Shown here: piece by piece, positions 8,316 through 19,300 of the stretch
Layout of the letters: the number at the start of each line of letters is the position of its first letter
Position numbering within the stretch: position 1 is the stretch's first letter
DNA from: a virus
Lineage: Duplodnaviria > Caudoviricetes
Strand: one strand, 5' to 3'
IMG/VR virus record: IMGVR_UViG_3300010344_000600
Location: 1 to 64,000 of that record
DNA length: 64,000 nt
The notes under the pieces: generated by a model
Seen by the model: the letters and a program-made list of their open reading frames with translations, nothing else
The model's database searches: none
Told to the model about the DNA's origin: nothing
Translations under genes and position numbers: made by a program

Positions 8316-10519
8316 GTTTCTTCGACAAGAAATTTGGTGAACTTTTCCCGACGCGTACCGGGACGCCCATCGGCACAGCCAACGAACGCCAGATGCTTGA
8401 TGCCATCGGCGGATCAGATGGCTTCCGGACGCGCATTCAGAAGGACGCGGCAACAGGGCTGGAAACAATTCTGCGCACGAAGAACGGCATGCCACAGTTC
8501 TCCAACCTTCCTCAAGTTCAAATCGAAACCGACTTGCCGATCTTCATGGACTCCGGGGCCATTGACCTGAACGGCATGGGGACCGAAAGCCCGGAACGGT
8601 TCAATAACGGGATTCTGCATTACGGTACAAACCAGCGCCTCTATCAATCGCTCAAACAACTACTCGGCAAACTATGGCCCAAGAGCATGCGGTGCGAACC
8701 ACCGTCAGAGAACGCGACTGCTTTTTCGTTCGAGGTAAAGCCCGACACGTTCGGGGCAAGGGATCAGGACTTACTCGACGTTCTCTACGCCAAGAAGCTA
8801 GCCATCGCCTTCGCTGGACCAAGCATGTTTTGCGGCAAGGCTCGGCTCTACGCACAGGCCCAGTACGGGCGGGAGCTTCAGGCATGGGCTTGGCGGTTAT
8901 CGGCGGGGGGAACGTTCCAACTCGACTCAAAAGTGAGTGCCGCAAAGCTGACGACCAACAGTGGAATCTACCTTGATACAGAATTCCGGCACTGGCTACT
9001 CGACATCGACAATGCCGGCGTGAAGATCACCAAACTGAAACGCGACGCTCGGGTGACCCCTATCGTAAAGAAATGGTTGGAAACATCCCCGGGGCACGCC
9101 GACTACGACAAGCTAGAAGCCTACATCCTGGCGTACTCACTCCCTGACGCAAGCAACTCGTTCTGGATTGCCATCCCCGGAAATCCAGGGTGCGACATGT
9201 TTGGCTACGGGTGGAAGTTCAACTGGAGTGGGACGTCTGCTGACATTATTAGGACTGACGTTATACCCGCTGGAGGTATAACTTTTAAGTACAGATCGAC
9301 CCACTATCGCGTAAGTTTCAACCGGGATACGTCGACTTCCATAATGGATGAGAAGTCCAGGTGGTCGGCTGTCCTACAGACAGTTGAAGGGCCGGCAGAG
9401 TGGAAAAGCGACAAGTGGGCACAGGTAATTGCTTCTCCGTTGTGGGGGGAGAACGTCCTGGAGATATTCGGTGAGTTGTGGGGTCCAAGGTTCGGGGACG
9501 CTCCTGTGTACTGTTTCTACAAACGAGACTCTCTGGAGGTATTCAGGTACACCATGTCAGGAGGGCAAAGCGCTGTTGAGTATATGGTCGAACCGAACCC
9601 CGTGACTTGGGCTGGTCGGTATGACTGGGCGCTTTCAAAACCTGGCTACCTAAACATATACGGGTCGATCGGACTAGAAGACGCCAGCGCGGAGGAACGC
9701 GCAAGGACGAACCGGGCAATGGTCACAGGGTTCTACTCGGAATCCACCTCCTCGGTCATGCCTACGGAGGGGTATACCTACCGAAGAAGCGGCGTATCTA
9801 ATAAAACTTGGGGTGGAACAACCGACTGGTTTTCCGGGAACTCACAGCATTACACAGTTAATCTTGCTAACTCCATTGTTGGAGAAACACTTGTAGGCTA
9901 CCTAAACACGTACGGGGGTGGGACGACTCCCTATTATATCGGCGGGAGTTACCAGCCAGGAGCGGCAGTTGATCTAGGGAGTGTATCGTACAGAGTCACG
10001 CACGTTGGCACGATTTCGATGCGACGGTTTGACTACAACGGAACCCACAGCGAGACCGGGTATATCGCTCTGATTATCCCGTTCTTCGATGCAGAAGCGG
10101 CATATAGCTGGGGGCAAAAGGACACCTACAGGACAGAGACAGGCGCGCAGAGTTACGGCTCCGGGGACTCTACAGGGTTAACGTACGTTACCGATTACGA
10201 GTTAAACGGGGTAGCAATTACAGTATACGGTGGAGGGACAAGTAATCTCTCGCCTGCCGCTACTATGTACCCACACACCCCGGACCCAACCAACACATCT
10301 AGCATCATATGCAACAGTTTAGTTACCAGTACAGGGGCGCACCAGTTTTACCCGACGACATCGATGGCTCCGTTTTTTTCGGGGACGGATACATCCGTTG
10401 TGGAGCAGACCTGGACAACTCGGGTTAGCCTCGAAGGTGCGGTATTTGGGCAGGGGGTGCGCGTGCTGTTAGGCTTCGACAATTTTGTATCTCCACTACC
10501 CTTTGTAGGATGGGCATAA
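8312..10519 (+). CDS. Large virion/tail protein (735 aa)
   Basis: GTGA overlap with the upstream gene; N-terminal R.Q.....G.ETILRTKNGMP motif; Tyr/Gly/Thr-rich C-terminal half. Confidence 0.6.
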   Translation: MSFFDKKFGELFPTRTGTPIGTANERQMLDAIGGSDGFRTRIQKDAATGLETILRTKNGMPQFSNLPQVQIETDLPIFMDSGAIDLNGMGTESPERFNNGILHYGTNQRLYQSLKQLLGKLWPKSMRCEPPSENATAFSFEVKPDTFGARDQDLLDVLYAKKLAIAFAGPSMFCGKARLYAQAQYGRELQAWAWRLSAGGTFQLDSKVSAAKLTTNSGIYLDTEFRHWLLDIDNAGVKITKLKRDARVTPIVKKWLETSPGHADYDKLEAYILAYSLPDASNSFWIAIPGNPGCDMFGYGWKFNWSGTSADIIRTDVIPAGGITFKYRSTHYRVSFNRDTSTSIMDEKSRWSAVLQTVEGPAEWKSDKWAQVIASPLWGENVLEIFGELWGPRFGDAPVYCFYKRDSLEVFRYTMSGGQSAVEYMVEPNPVTWAGRYDWALSKPGYLNIYGSIGLEDASAEERARTNRAMVTGFYSESTSSVMPTEGYTYRRSGVSNKTWGGTTDWFSGNSQHYTVNLANSIVGETLVGYLNTYGGGTTPYYIGGSYQPGAAVDLGSVSYRVTHVGTISMRRFDYNGTHSETGYIALIIPFFDAEAAYSWGQKDTYRTETGAQSYGSGDSTGLTYVTDYELNGVAITVYGGGTSNLSPAATMYPHTPDPTNTSSIICNSLVTSTGAHQFYPTTSMAPFFSGTDTSVVEQTWTTRVSLEGAVFGQGVRVLLGFDNFVSPLPFVGWA

Positions 10520-12150
10520 TGAAAACAATCCCCCTTGGCCCGTTCCTCGGCCTCAATAACCGGATCCCACTATTCGCCCTGCACGTCGACAAGGTCGGAG
10601 ACTTCCTGAATCCAGCAGAGGACATCGACATCGACAACGCAGGCCGGGTGCGACGACGCCGCGCCATGAAGCTTATCCATGCCTTGTCTGGCGTGCACAG
10701 CCTCTACAAGACGAGCGACACGACCGGGTACTACGTGGTCGCCAACGTGCTCTACGCCTTCACCGTCGCTGGCGCAGTAGTCACGCAGGGCGCCGCGCTG
10801 AAGACGCTTACCAGCAACGCCGCGCTGACCTACGTGGCCTTCGGGGATGATCTGTTCTTCAGTAACGGCACAGACTCGGGTCGCATCACAGCGGGCGCGT
10901 GGCATCCGATGGCTCTGGCTACGCCGACCCTCGCACTAGGTACGGCGCTCTCGATCATCGGTGGTGGTCTGCTGGCTGGATGGTATCAAGTTGGTATCAG
11001 CTACGGCGACAACGCGACGGGGGAAGAGTCCGGGATCAGCGCGTCCGAGAACATTCACCTGACGACAACGGGCGGCATCCGGGTGACCCTGCCTACGGCA
11101 CCGACGGGCGCGACACACACGAACATCTACCTGTCCAGCGCCAACGGCGAGGTTCCGATGTGGCTGGCCCAAGTTCCAGCGGGGGCAACTACTTACGACT
11201 GCACCACACTGGCTGCCGGACGCGAGAGCAACGGGCGGTTTGAAAGCCCGCTACCTGCCGGTCGCCTATTCATGTCCAACGGGAGGCTGTGCTCTATCAC
11301 CGGAAACCGGGTCTATGTTGGCTCACCGTGGAAGATCGGGTACTACGTTCCCGTCAACGAAGACGGCACCAGTGCGGGGTACATTGACTTTCCCGCGCCG
11401 GTATCGGTGGCCATCGAGGCGCAGACTGGAACCTACATCGTGGCGGCTAAGACGCACTGGTTCCCTGGTGGTGATCTGGCGAACGTCGAGGCGATGGTGC
11501 GGGACGTTCTGCCGTATGGCGCGGTCCCTGGGACGGAATTTGCAGTACCGGACAAGCCTATTGTCGGATGGTTCGGGCCGATGGGCGTTGTGCTGGCCGA
11601 TACGATGGGGCAAGTGACTACGCCAATGAACGACAATGTGGACGTGACGGTTCCGGCTTCTGGAAACTCGATCATCCTGCAGACGGAAGGCTACATGCGC
11701 GTTGTCTCCTGCGGCTACTGCATGAATCTTGAGAACAATCGTGCCTCGACTTACACAGGATGGGACTTCACTTCGGACAGCGGTGATCTCGGCACGAAGG
11801 AGGACGGTATCTACCAAATCGCAGAAGGATTAGTAGACTCCGTTATCGGGCTGGGAAAGTTGGATTTTGGAACGGAAGAGCTTAAACACTTACCAGCATT
11901 TTATCTTGGCGTCGATTCAGAAGAGCCAATGAACATTACCGTCGGGAGCATTGATCAGCGCACGAAACAGTATGTTGAATATAGCTACGATACCCGTAGT
12001 TGCGGTAGTGGGATGCAGATTCAACGGGCCGATCCTGGGAAGGGGCTGTGCGCCAACTGGTTCGACATAACCATTCGCAACACAGGAGGCGCTGAATTCA
12101 AATTGTCAGTAGCCAGCCCCGCACCAATCAATTCAAAAAGGAAAATCTAA
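10519..12150 (+). CDS. Putative tail tubular/head-to-tail stabilisation protein (P22 gp10/T7 TTPB-like)
   Basis: TAATG coupling; N-terminal GLNNR...DIDN.G...RR; predicted beta-propeller-like composition; position just before the ejection genes. Confidence 0.5.
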   Translation: MKTIPLGPFLGLNNRIPLFALHVDKVGDFLNPAEDIDIDNAGRVRRRRAMKLIHALSGVHSLYKTSDTTGYYVVANVLYAFTVAGAVVTQGAALKTLTSNAALTYVAFGDDLFFSNGTDSGRITAGAWHPMALATPTLALGTALSIIGGGLLAGWYQVGISYGDNATGEESGISASENIHLTTTGGIRVTLPTAPTGATHTNIYLSSANGEVPMWLAQVPAGATTYDCTTLAAGRESNGRFESPLPAGRLFMSNGRLCSITGNRVYVGSPWKIGYYVPVNEDGTSAGYIDFPAPVSVAIEAQTGTYIVAAKTHWFPGGDLANVEAMVRDVLPYGAVPGTEFAVPDKPIVGWFGPMGVVLADTMGQVTTPMNDNVDVTVPASGNSIILQTEGYMRVVSCGYCMNLENNRASTYTGWDFTSDSGDLGTKEDGIYQIAEGLVDSVIGLGKLDFGTEELKHLPAFYLGVDSEEPMNITVGSIDQRTKQYVEYSYDTRSCGSGMQIQRADPGKGLCANWFDITIRNTGGAEFKLSVASPAPINSKRKI

Positions 12151-13197
12151 ATGAGCGGCCACGCCCCTTTCTACGTGCCTTCATCTATCGTTTCTGTTCC
12201 GGCAGGAACGTTTACCCCTGGCGCTCTAGCATCGCTGGAGTTTGCCGCTACACTGATAAATAAATCCTGGGACAAAGCCAACGAGAAAGCGTACTACTTC
12301 GAGCAGAAAATTGACGACATCGGCTTGTGGCTACCTACTGCCGGCGACCCGCACATCGGGTCAGTGAGTGACATCCCGGTCATCGCGGTCAACGAACCTG
12401 TCGTCAACATCCCGTCGAACGTCGATACGTCGATGATCATGACGGATTACGAAACCGAGTACGCAAAAGGGTTCGCGGATCTGACGGCCAAGGCGACATA
12501 TATCATCAGCACCTATTTCCCCAACGACCAGGCTAATTTCGACGCAGCCGAGCAGTGGCTAAGTGATGCGCTGGCGAGTACAACTGGGCTTCCTGCTGCG
12601 GTTGCTGCACAGATCGAGGCTGACGACCATGCCCGCATTACAAGGGAGTTCAACCGGGCGAGCGATACCGCAACGGCCAAGATGGCGGGTATGCGGTTTC
12701 CAATGCCTGCGGGGGCGATGGCGTCGTTCCAGTTGCAGCTTGCCCAGAAGAAGCAGGACGCAATGGCCGAGAGCAGCCGAAAGCTCACAATGATGTCGGT
12801 CGAGCAACTGAAGTGGGTAGTTGAAAAGGTTCTCAATCTGCGGCAGATGGCTATTGGTTCTGCGCTTGAATACGTGAAGTCCCTGATTCCTGCCATGTCC
12901 AATTCGGCTCAGGTTGTTGGGTTGGGTATAGATGCCAACAGCAAACTGATCAGTGCCGCCAGTAGTTTCTACAACGCGCGCACCGAGGCGCAGAAGGCCA
13001 TCTCGTCGTCGTACCAGTACAACACCGGCAAGACGCTGACGATTGCCGAGAAGAACCAGATGGTGGATCTGACGCTGATCAAGAATAAGCTTGAGGCCCT
13101 GATGGCCGAGTGCGCAGCCTTCGCACAAATGGCGACGAGCATGTTCAACAACTTGCACGCGGCAGCGGGCACGTCGTATGGCGTGAATGGAACCTGA
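12151..13197 (+). CDS. Putative internal virion (ejection) protein, helical
   Basis: Ala/Gln-rich helical composition; position between the tail tube gene and the large internal proteins. Confidence 0.45.
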   Translation: MSGHAPFYVPSSIVSVPAGTFTPGALASLEFAATLINKSWDKANEKAYYFEQKIDDIGLWLPTAGDPHIGSVSDIPVIAVNEPVVNIPSNVDTSMIMTDYETEYAKGFADLTAKATYIISTYFPNDQANFDAAEQWLSDALASTTGLPAAVAAQIEADDHARITREFNRASDTATAKMAGMRFPMPAGAMASFQLQLAQKKQDAMAESSRKLTMMSVEQLKWVVEKVLNLRQMAIGSALEYVKSLIPAMSNSAQVVGLGIDANSKLISAASSFYNARTEAQKAISSSYQYNTGKTLTIAEKNQMVDLTLIKNKLEALMAECAAFAQMATSMFNNLHAAAGTSYGVNGT

Positions 13198-13259
13198 TCC
13201 TCTGTAAAAACAAGCACCGCAAGAGCGCATGAACCGTTAAGATCACTGGGAGAAACAAC

Positions 13260-16200
13260 ATGGAACCGAACATGAATAATCAGTTGTTTGGCGTAACACG
13301 CACGGGCAATGCGTTCGGTCAGGTGGCCGGAGATAGCGGGCCAAGCACCGCGATTACCGGAGCGAAAGATGCTTACGGCAATAGCACAGCGCTGAATACG
13401 ACGCTGCAAGGAAGTTTGTTGGCGCCGCCAGAACCCGGCGTGCCGGCGACGGGGATTCCCATGCCTGGAATGTCAGACTTTGGAGGTGTAGGGACGGGAC
13501 CTAGCCCGGTCGCACCCGGCGTCCGCTCCCGCAGAGACTCCAGCCCGCTGGAAAAATTGGACCAGACGATCGCCATGGGAAACGCCATGGGCGAGATGTC
13601 CAACACGGAGCGCTACCAGATGAGCAACCCGACGAATGCGCCGGTTACGCTGGGCGGAAAAGGCGGAATAAGTAGCGTTTCTCCGGGGTCCTCGGCAGAT
13701 GCGTCGATGCTGCGCCAACAAACGGCCAATATGGAAACGCTGCGCGGAAAATTGGCGGAACAGCCGCTTTACGCCGGAACCGGCTATGCCGAAGGCGGCG
13801 AAGTCAAAGAGACGCCCGAACAGGTGATGGCGCGCATGAATGCCAAGTACGGTGGAACCGGGGCCGCGATTACCGAGAAGCCGGCTGCGCCCGCGCCCGC
13901 TCCGGCGCCCGCAACAACCCCGGCCCCGGCGCCCGAGCCCAAGAAGTTCAGCGGGCTGGGCGGCGTCTATAACCTGCTCAGCGGCGGGCGCAAGGCGCAG
14001 ATTGACAAAGCGGTAGATGGGTATGCCTGCGGCGGGAAGGTCAAAGGGCATGCGGAAGGCGGCGAAGTCGGTTTTGCCAACGGCGGTAGCCTCGACCCGA
14101 TCTACAATGAGCAGATCAACCAGGCGCGACTGGGCAATGCTGGAAACGACGTGCACGCGAACAACCCATTTCCGGCCGCCAAGGAAGCGCCGCGGCTGTC
14201 CTTCCCGCAGCCTGCTTATGAGCCCGTCGCTCCGCTGCAAGGCCCAGCCGGGCAGTTCGGCGTTCCCGAAGGCAGAACCTTGCCGCAAGTAGGGGTTGGC
14301 AAACAGGCTGCGGGAAGGACAGCCGCGGTTCCGACCAGTGCCCCGGCTCCCGCTCAGGCGACTCCCCTGCCGCCTACGCAATCCGCCGCGCCTGTTGTTG
14401 AGCCTGCGGTAACGAGCAAGCCTAGCAGTCCTATCATGGCTACCGAGCGCCCCAATGTGCGCATGGGTGGCGTGCCGAACTCGGATAGTACGCGCTGGTT
14501 CAGCCAGGGCGATGCCGGCCGCGCCGCAGGGCCAGGAATGGCTCCCGCAGAACCCAGCCTTCCGCCAACCGATCGCGCCAAGTTTGACGCAGAGGTTCGT
14601 TCGCGGATTCCGCCGAAGGGAAGCCCTCGCCCTGAAGTACGCCCGGCTCCAACCGCTCCAACCGCTCCGGCAGCGGCGCAGACAGCAGAAGTTGCTGCAC
14701 CGCTTGCGTCTAAACCGGGCCTGGTACGCCGCGTGATCGGCGGGGTGGGTAAGATCGCCAACATCGCGGTTCCGGCCATGGCGGCGGTTGACGCGCTTGG
14801 GGATAACGCCATCAAGGTGGCTGGATTGCGCGAAGATGAACCGGGGTACGAAGGGCCGGGTATCAACAAGGCGATCGGAGCGACCAAGGAAGTCGCCTTG
14901 CGCGCGGGGGACTGGGGAACGAAAGGGCTTGATCTGTTGGGTGGATGGGCTTTGCCCAAAGGAGAAAAGTCGTTCAATGACGCCTATCGTGAGGGAGTTG
15001 GCCAACTTCCCGGCGTCAGCGCCCCATTAAGCACTGAAACAGCGGCGGCGACGCCGGCAACAGTCCATGTTAAACCGCAGAATGCCAACGCCCCGCTGTC
15101 CGGTTCGCCCGTAACCCAGGAGACGCCAGCAGCAGCCCCCGCGCCATCCTTGGCCGATCCCCGTTTCATTCCCGACCCCGTACAGGCGCCCATGCGCAGC
15201 GGCGCTATCCGAGTCGGCCCGCAGGCGCAGACCATCCAGGGCACCAGTCCGGTCGATGCAACACAGTTGAAGGCGCCGGAGGGCGGCGGCTATATCACCG
15301 ACAAGAGCGGGCGAACGATCTTCCTTCCCGGTGGACAGCCTTCCGCGCAGCCGGCGCGTGATCCAAACGGCCATTACGACGCATACGGCAACAATATGGC
15401 GGCGACGGACCAGATGAAGGCCGAGATCCGCGGCATCCAGCGTGATCGCGCCCTGCGCAACAAGGACTATGCGGCACTGGCAGCATTGAACAGTGATCCT
15501 GAACTGGCGGCCGAAAACCTGGCCAAGAGCAATATGGCGTTGGAGCAGCAGCGCAGCAAGGATCGCCTGGCAGAGCACGAGGCCAGCAATCCGATGATGA
15601 GCGCGGCGGCCAAGGACTTGAACGAGCGGCTGGCGTCGATCACCGACCCGGAAAAGCGATCTCAGTTCATTCAGCAGTATCAGGCGAAACTCGGAGATCA
15701 GATCAAGATTATTCCGAATGAAGAAGTTGTCGATATAGGCGGGATTCCAACAAAGGTCAGTCGTCCATACATTATGGACGTAGCGACGAAAAAGATAGTT
15801 CCTGTTGGACAGCAAGCCGCCTCTGCTACCCTAACCCCCGATCATCTGAAGCAATTGCGCGCCAACCCATCAAAGGCTATGAAAATGGCTATAGATGAAC
15901 AATACGGTCCGGGCGCAGCCGATAAAGCGTTGGCTGGAAAGTTTGCCCATGGCGGGTGCGTCGGCGGCATTGGCAAGTTCGCCAAAGGCGGCTGCATTCC
16001 CGGAAAGGCAAAGATGGCCAGCGGCGGAGAAGTCATCAGCGGTCCTGGAAACGGTGTTTCTGATTCGATCCCGGCGCATGTGGAAGAAACCGGACAGCCG
16101 ATCAAGGTTTCGGCCGGCGAATATGAGCTTCCCCCTGCGGCCGTCGCCAAGGTCGGTGTCGATCGGCTTAACGAACTGCTGGCCAAGTATCACCAGGGCG

Positions 16201-16298
16201 AGTCGCGCCCGGTCAAGGAAGGCTCTTTCATCATTCCGGCCGATGTGGTTAAACGGCTCGGACGGGCGTACTTCGACCATATGGCCAAGCAAGTTTGA
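13260..16298 (+). CDS. Putative internal virion/ejection protein (1012 aa, Pro/Ala-rich, seven xAxGG motifs)
   Basis: GGAGA RBS; low-complexity PAPAP linkers; repeated [YFHM]AxGG motifs; C-terminal GPGNGVSDSIPA...VSAGEY.LP domain. Confidence 0.6.
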   Translation: MEPNMNNQLFGVTRTGNAFGQVAGDSGPSTAITGAKDAYGNSTALNTTLQGSLLAPPEPGVPATGIPMPGMSDFGGVGTGPSPVAPGVRSRRDSSPLEKLDQTIAMGNAMGEMSNTERYQMSNPTNAPVTLGGKGGISSVSPGSSADASMLRQQTANMETLRGKLAEQPLYAGTGYAEGGEVKETPEQVMARMNAKYGGTGAAITEKPAAPAPAPAPATTPAPAPEPKKFSGLGGVYNLLSGGRKAQIDKAVDGYACGGKVKGHAEGGEVGFANGGSLDPIYNEQINQARLGNAGNDVHANNPFPAAKEAPRLSFPQPAYEPVAPLQGPAGQFGVPEGRTLPQVGVGKQAAGRTAAVPTSAPAPAQATPLPPTQSAAPVVEPAVTSKPSSPIMATERPNVRMGGVPNSDSTRWFSQGDAGRAAGPGMAPAEPSLPPTDRAKFDAEVRSRIPPKGSPRPEVRPAPTAPTAPAAAQTAEVAAPLASKPGLVRRVIGGVGKIANIAVPAMAAVDALGDNAIKVAGLREDEPGYEGPGINKAIGATKEVALRAGDWGTKGLDLLGGWALPKGEKSFNDAYREGVGQLPGVSAPLSTETAAATPATVHVKPQNANAPLSGSPVTQETPAAAPAPSLADPRFIPDPVQAPMRSGAIRVGPQAQTIQGTSPVDATQLKAPEGGGYITDKSGRTIFLPGGQPSAQPARDPNGHYDAYGNNMAATDQMKAEIRGIQRDRALRNKDYAALAALNSDPELAAENLAKSNMALEQQRSKDRLAEHEASNPMMSAAAKDLNERLASITDPEKRSQFIQQYQAKLGDQIKIIPNEEVVDIGGIPTKVSRPYIMDVATKKIVPVGQQAASATLTPDHLKQLRANPSKAMKMAIDEQYGPGAADKALAGKFAHGGCVGGIGKFAKGGCIPGKAKMASGGEVISGPGNGVSDSIPAHVEETGQPIKVSAGEYELPPAAVAKVGVDRLNELLAKYHQGESRPVKEGSFIIPADVVKRLGRAYFDHMAKQV

Positions 16299-16357
16299 GC
16301 ACATAGCACGATTGAACCGCGATAATTGCAGCACATCTCTACTAGGGCGTTTATTCC

Positions 16358-19300
16358 ATGGCCAACACTAGCGTAACCGACATTGACCAAGACGAACTGA
16401 ACCAGGCGCGTAAAGCGCTTGGTACTTCAGAGGTCGACCCGAAAGAACTGGAGTTGGCGAGGAAGAAACTGGCGAATCCGGAAATGAATGATCCTGGGTT
16501 CGTTACCTCGATCAAGTCGGGCGTCGGTCAGCAAGCGTCAGCGTTAGCCAGGTCAGCCAAGGATATCCCGGTCATCGGCGGAATTGGCGCTTTTGATCGT
16601 CTTGGAAAGTGGGGCGATCGCGTTCAGGAAAATAACCCGATGGGGATTCAGAGCCTGTCGGACGTTATTGATAGTCCGGTAGAAACGCTCAAGGAAGGCG
16701 CCGGAAACGCGATCGCACAGATGCCGGCCAATGTTGCTAGCGGTGCAGCCGGCCGGGTACTTGGCGGTATTCTTGGTGCCCGTTTTGGTAATGCAGCGCT
16801 TGGACAGAAGATCGGCGCTTGGGCCGGAATGGGGCTACCGACTCTGGCACAAGAATATGGAGGAATACGTCAGACGCAGGACCAGGAAGTCGCCAACGGA
16901 AACCCGGAAGCCGATGATAAAGGCAGAGCCTTGGCAGGGGCCTTGCCAGCAGCCGCTGTTGAATTCGGAATGGGTCCGCAGCGCTTGCTCGGGCGCATGA
17001 TTGGCGAAGGGTTTGAGGGCAGCGCCAAGCAACTCGCCGCCAAGTTTGCCAAGGAGACAGCCGGAATGACTCCGGCCCAAGCCTCGCGCCATGTGATTAA
17101 AAGCGCCGGCAAGGATATCTTGCGTAATGGCGCCGAAGAAGGCGCCGAGGAACTGGTACAGAACCCACTCGAAGCCTGGGGTGCACATCAAGACCCGATG
17201 TCATCTGAAACAATCGACCAATCCCTGACCGGAGCCGCTTTAGGGTTCAGCGGCGGTCTTGCGCTTGGTTCTCCAATGACGGCTATGCAGCATGCCAAAG
17301 CCAAGTCGATGGCTGATAATGGCTTGGTGGCCGAGACTCCCGCCGCGCCTCCGTCTCCGCGTGGTCCGCTATCCGCCGCCGCCGCCGCAGGACAGGCCGC
17401 CATGCCGACCGCCGCACCGGTGGCGCCCGCCGACCCGCTGGCTGAACGCGTTGCCGCCATGGCCCCGACCATCGAGAGCAAGGATCTGATCCGCCAGATG
17501 CGCAGCGATCCTCGCTTCGGGCCTGAGACCATCACCGATGCGCTGCACGCTTGGGCAATCGGGCGAAACCCTGCCCTGCATCCTTCCGTGCGTGCGCAGG
17601 CGCTCGACAACCTGGAGCAACTATTCGGGCCGAGAAACTTCAACATGGGGCAGACGGCACCCTCTGCTGACGAAGGCGTCTTGCCGGGCGAGGCGCAACG
17701 CATCCCCAACGATCCAGGAACCGGACAACTTGCCGCACCGCCCACCTATCCGGCGCTGCCGGCGTCAGTTGACACTCCGGTTGACACTTCCGCCGCGCCG
17801 GTACCCGCGCCGCTCATTGATAGCATGCCGAGCGAGACTAGCAATCCTAGCCTTCCTGCTACGCCGAGCATTCCTTCTGTTGAAACATCGCCTAGCATTC
17901 CTTCTTCCACCGTTGTTCCGGACGACGACATGGAAGCCAAGACGCTGGAGGCTTTCAATAATGTGTTTGGCGAGGACCCCTCGGCTACGACGTCAGAAAC
18001 CAAGCCCGCCGAAGCGGCGCCCAGCGTGCCGGCCGCCCCTGATCCTATTGCCATTGCCGAAGCACAGACACAAGCCAGGGTCGATGCAGCCCGCGCCGAT
18101 GAACAGCGCACGGCCGCCCGCAACCTGATTCGTGATCGCGTAGCGCATGGCTACACGGAAATCAAGGATGGCGCCCTGCTCAACCCGAAAACCGGGGCGA
18201 CGCATCCGCTGAACAATCCGGCCGAATTCCTGGTGGCGCACAACGCACTGCGCAATCGCATCGATGAAGCGGCGCATACGGCGGCAACCAGCCATCAGAA
18301 CGACCTCACACAACCAAGCGACGCACAGAAAGAAGCGGGTAACTATGCCAAGGGTCATGTTGAATGGAACGGGCTGAACCTGGCGATCGAGAACCCAAAG
18401 GGCTCTGAACGTTCAGGAACCGACCCAAATGGGAAAGCCTGGTCGGTAACCATGCCCGGGCATTATGGCTACGTTAAGAAGACCCTTGGCGCCGATGGCG
18501 ATCAAGTGGATTTGTACCTGGGTAATGCGCCGCACAGCAAAAAGGTGTTTGTCGTCGACCAGATCGACGCTGATACCGGAAAGTTCGATGAGCACAAAGC
18601 AATCGGCAACGTGCGCGACGAGGCTGAAGCAACCAAACTCTACGATGCCGGATTCTCCGATGGCAAGGGGCCACAACGGCGCGGCGCCATTACCGAAATG
18701 AGCGTTGACCAGTTTAAGGACTGGGTGAAGAAAGGTGATACGACGAAGGCTCTGGCTTACAAAGTGCCAAATATGGCACCTTCGCCAAAGGAATCTGCAC
18801 GCAGTAAGCCACGCCTTGGCGAGTCTCCGCAAGAGGTCTGGGCCGCGATCAAGGCCGCCAACGGCGGAATAATCGTCAATGGCCGCACGGCGCGCCCAGC
18901 GATCCGCGTTCCCGGGCTCACCGGAACCTTCAGCCTGGCCAACGATTTCACGCTCGACAAGCTGGTCGCTGGCGGAAAAGGCTTGATCAAGGCAACCCGC
19001 GAAGAAAACAAGGCGGTCGATGCCGCTGTCGATCAGGACCGGGCTGAAGTCGTGGCCATGTCGCAATGGGGTCAGCACGCCGGCGACAAGAACGGAAACC
19101 AGAAGGTTATCCAGGTCCTGCACTCACCCTCCGGTAATTCCTATCAAACCCAACCCAACCCCACTCAACCCGAGGAAAACAATGCCACAATCCCGGAAGC
19201 CGCTCAAGCCATCGAAGCAGAAGCGCAAGGATCGGAACAACAACCCGCCGTTGAAAATGACGAAAGCCGGTTTGTTGCTGCCGCGGCTGAACTGGGCCTA

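Noticed and set aside
1134-10519. Diversity-generating retroelement acting on tail genes
   Set aside because: No reverse transcriptase and no TR/VR near-duplicate seen in the window
13473-15005. 510-aa antisense ORF, and many similar shadow ORFs over the giant gene
   Set aside because: Shadow frames of GC-rich coding DNA, without RBS or motifs
13225-16330. Shared TGAACCG motif upstream of the two largest ejection genes
   Set aside because: Only 7 bp in two copies and also present in coding DNA; insufficient for a promoter call
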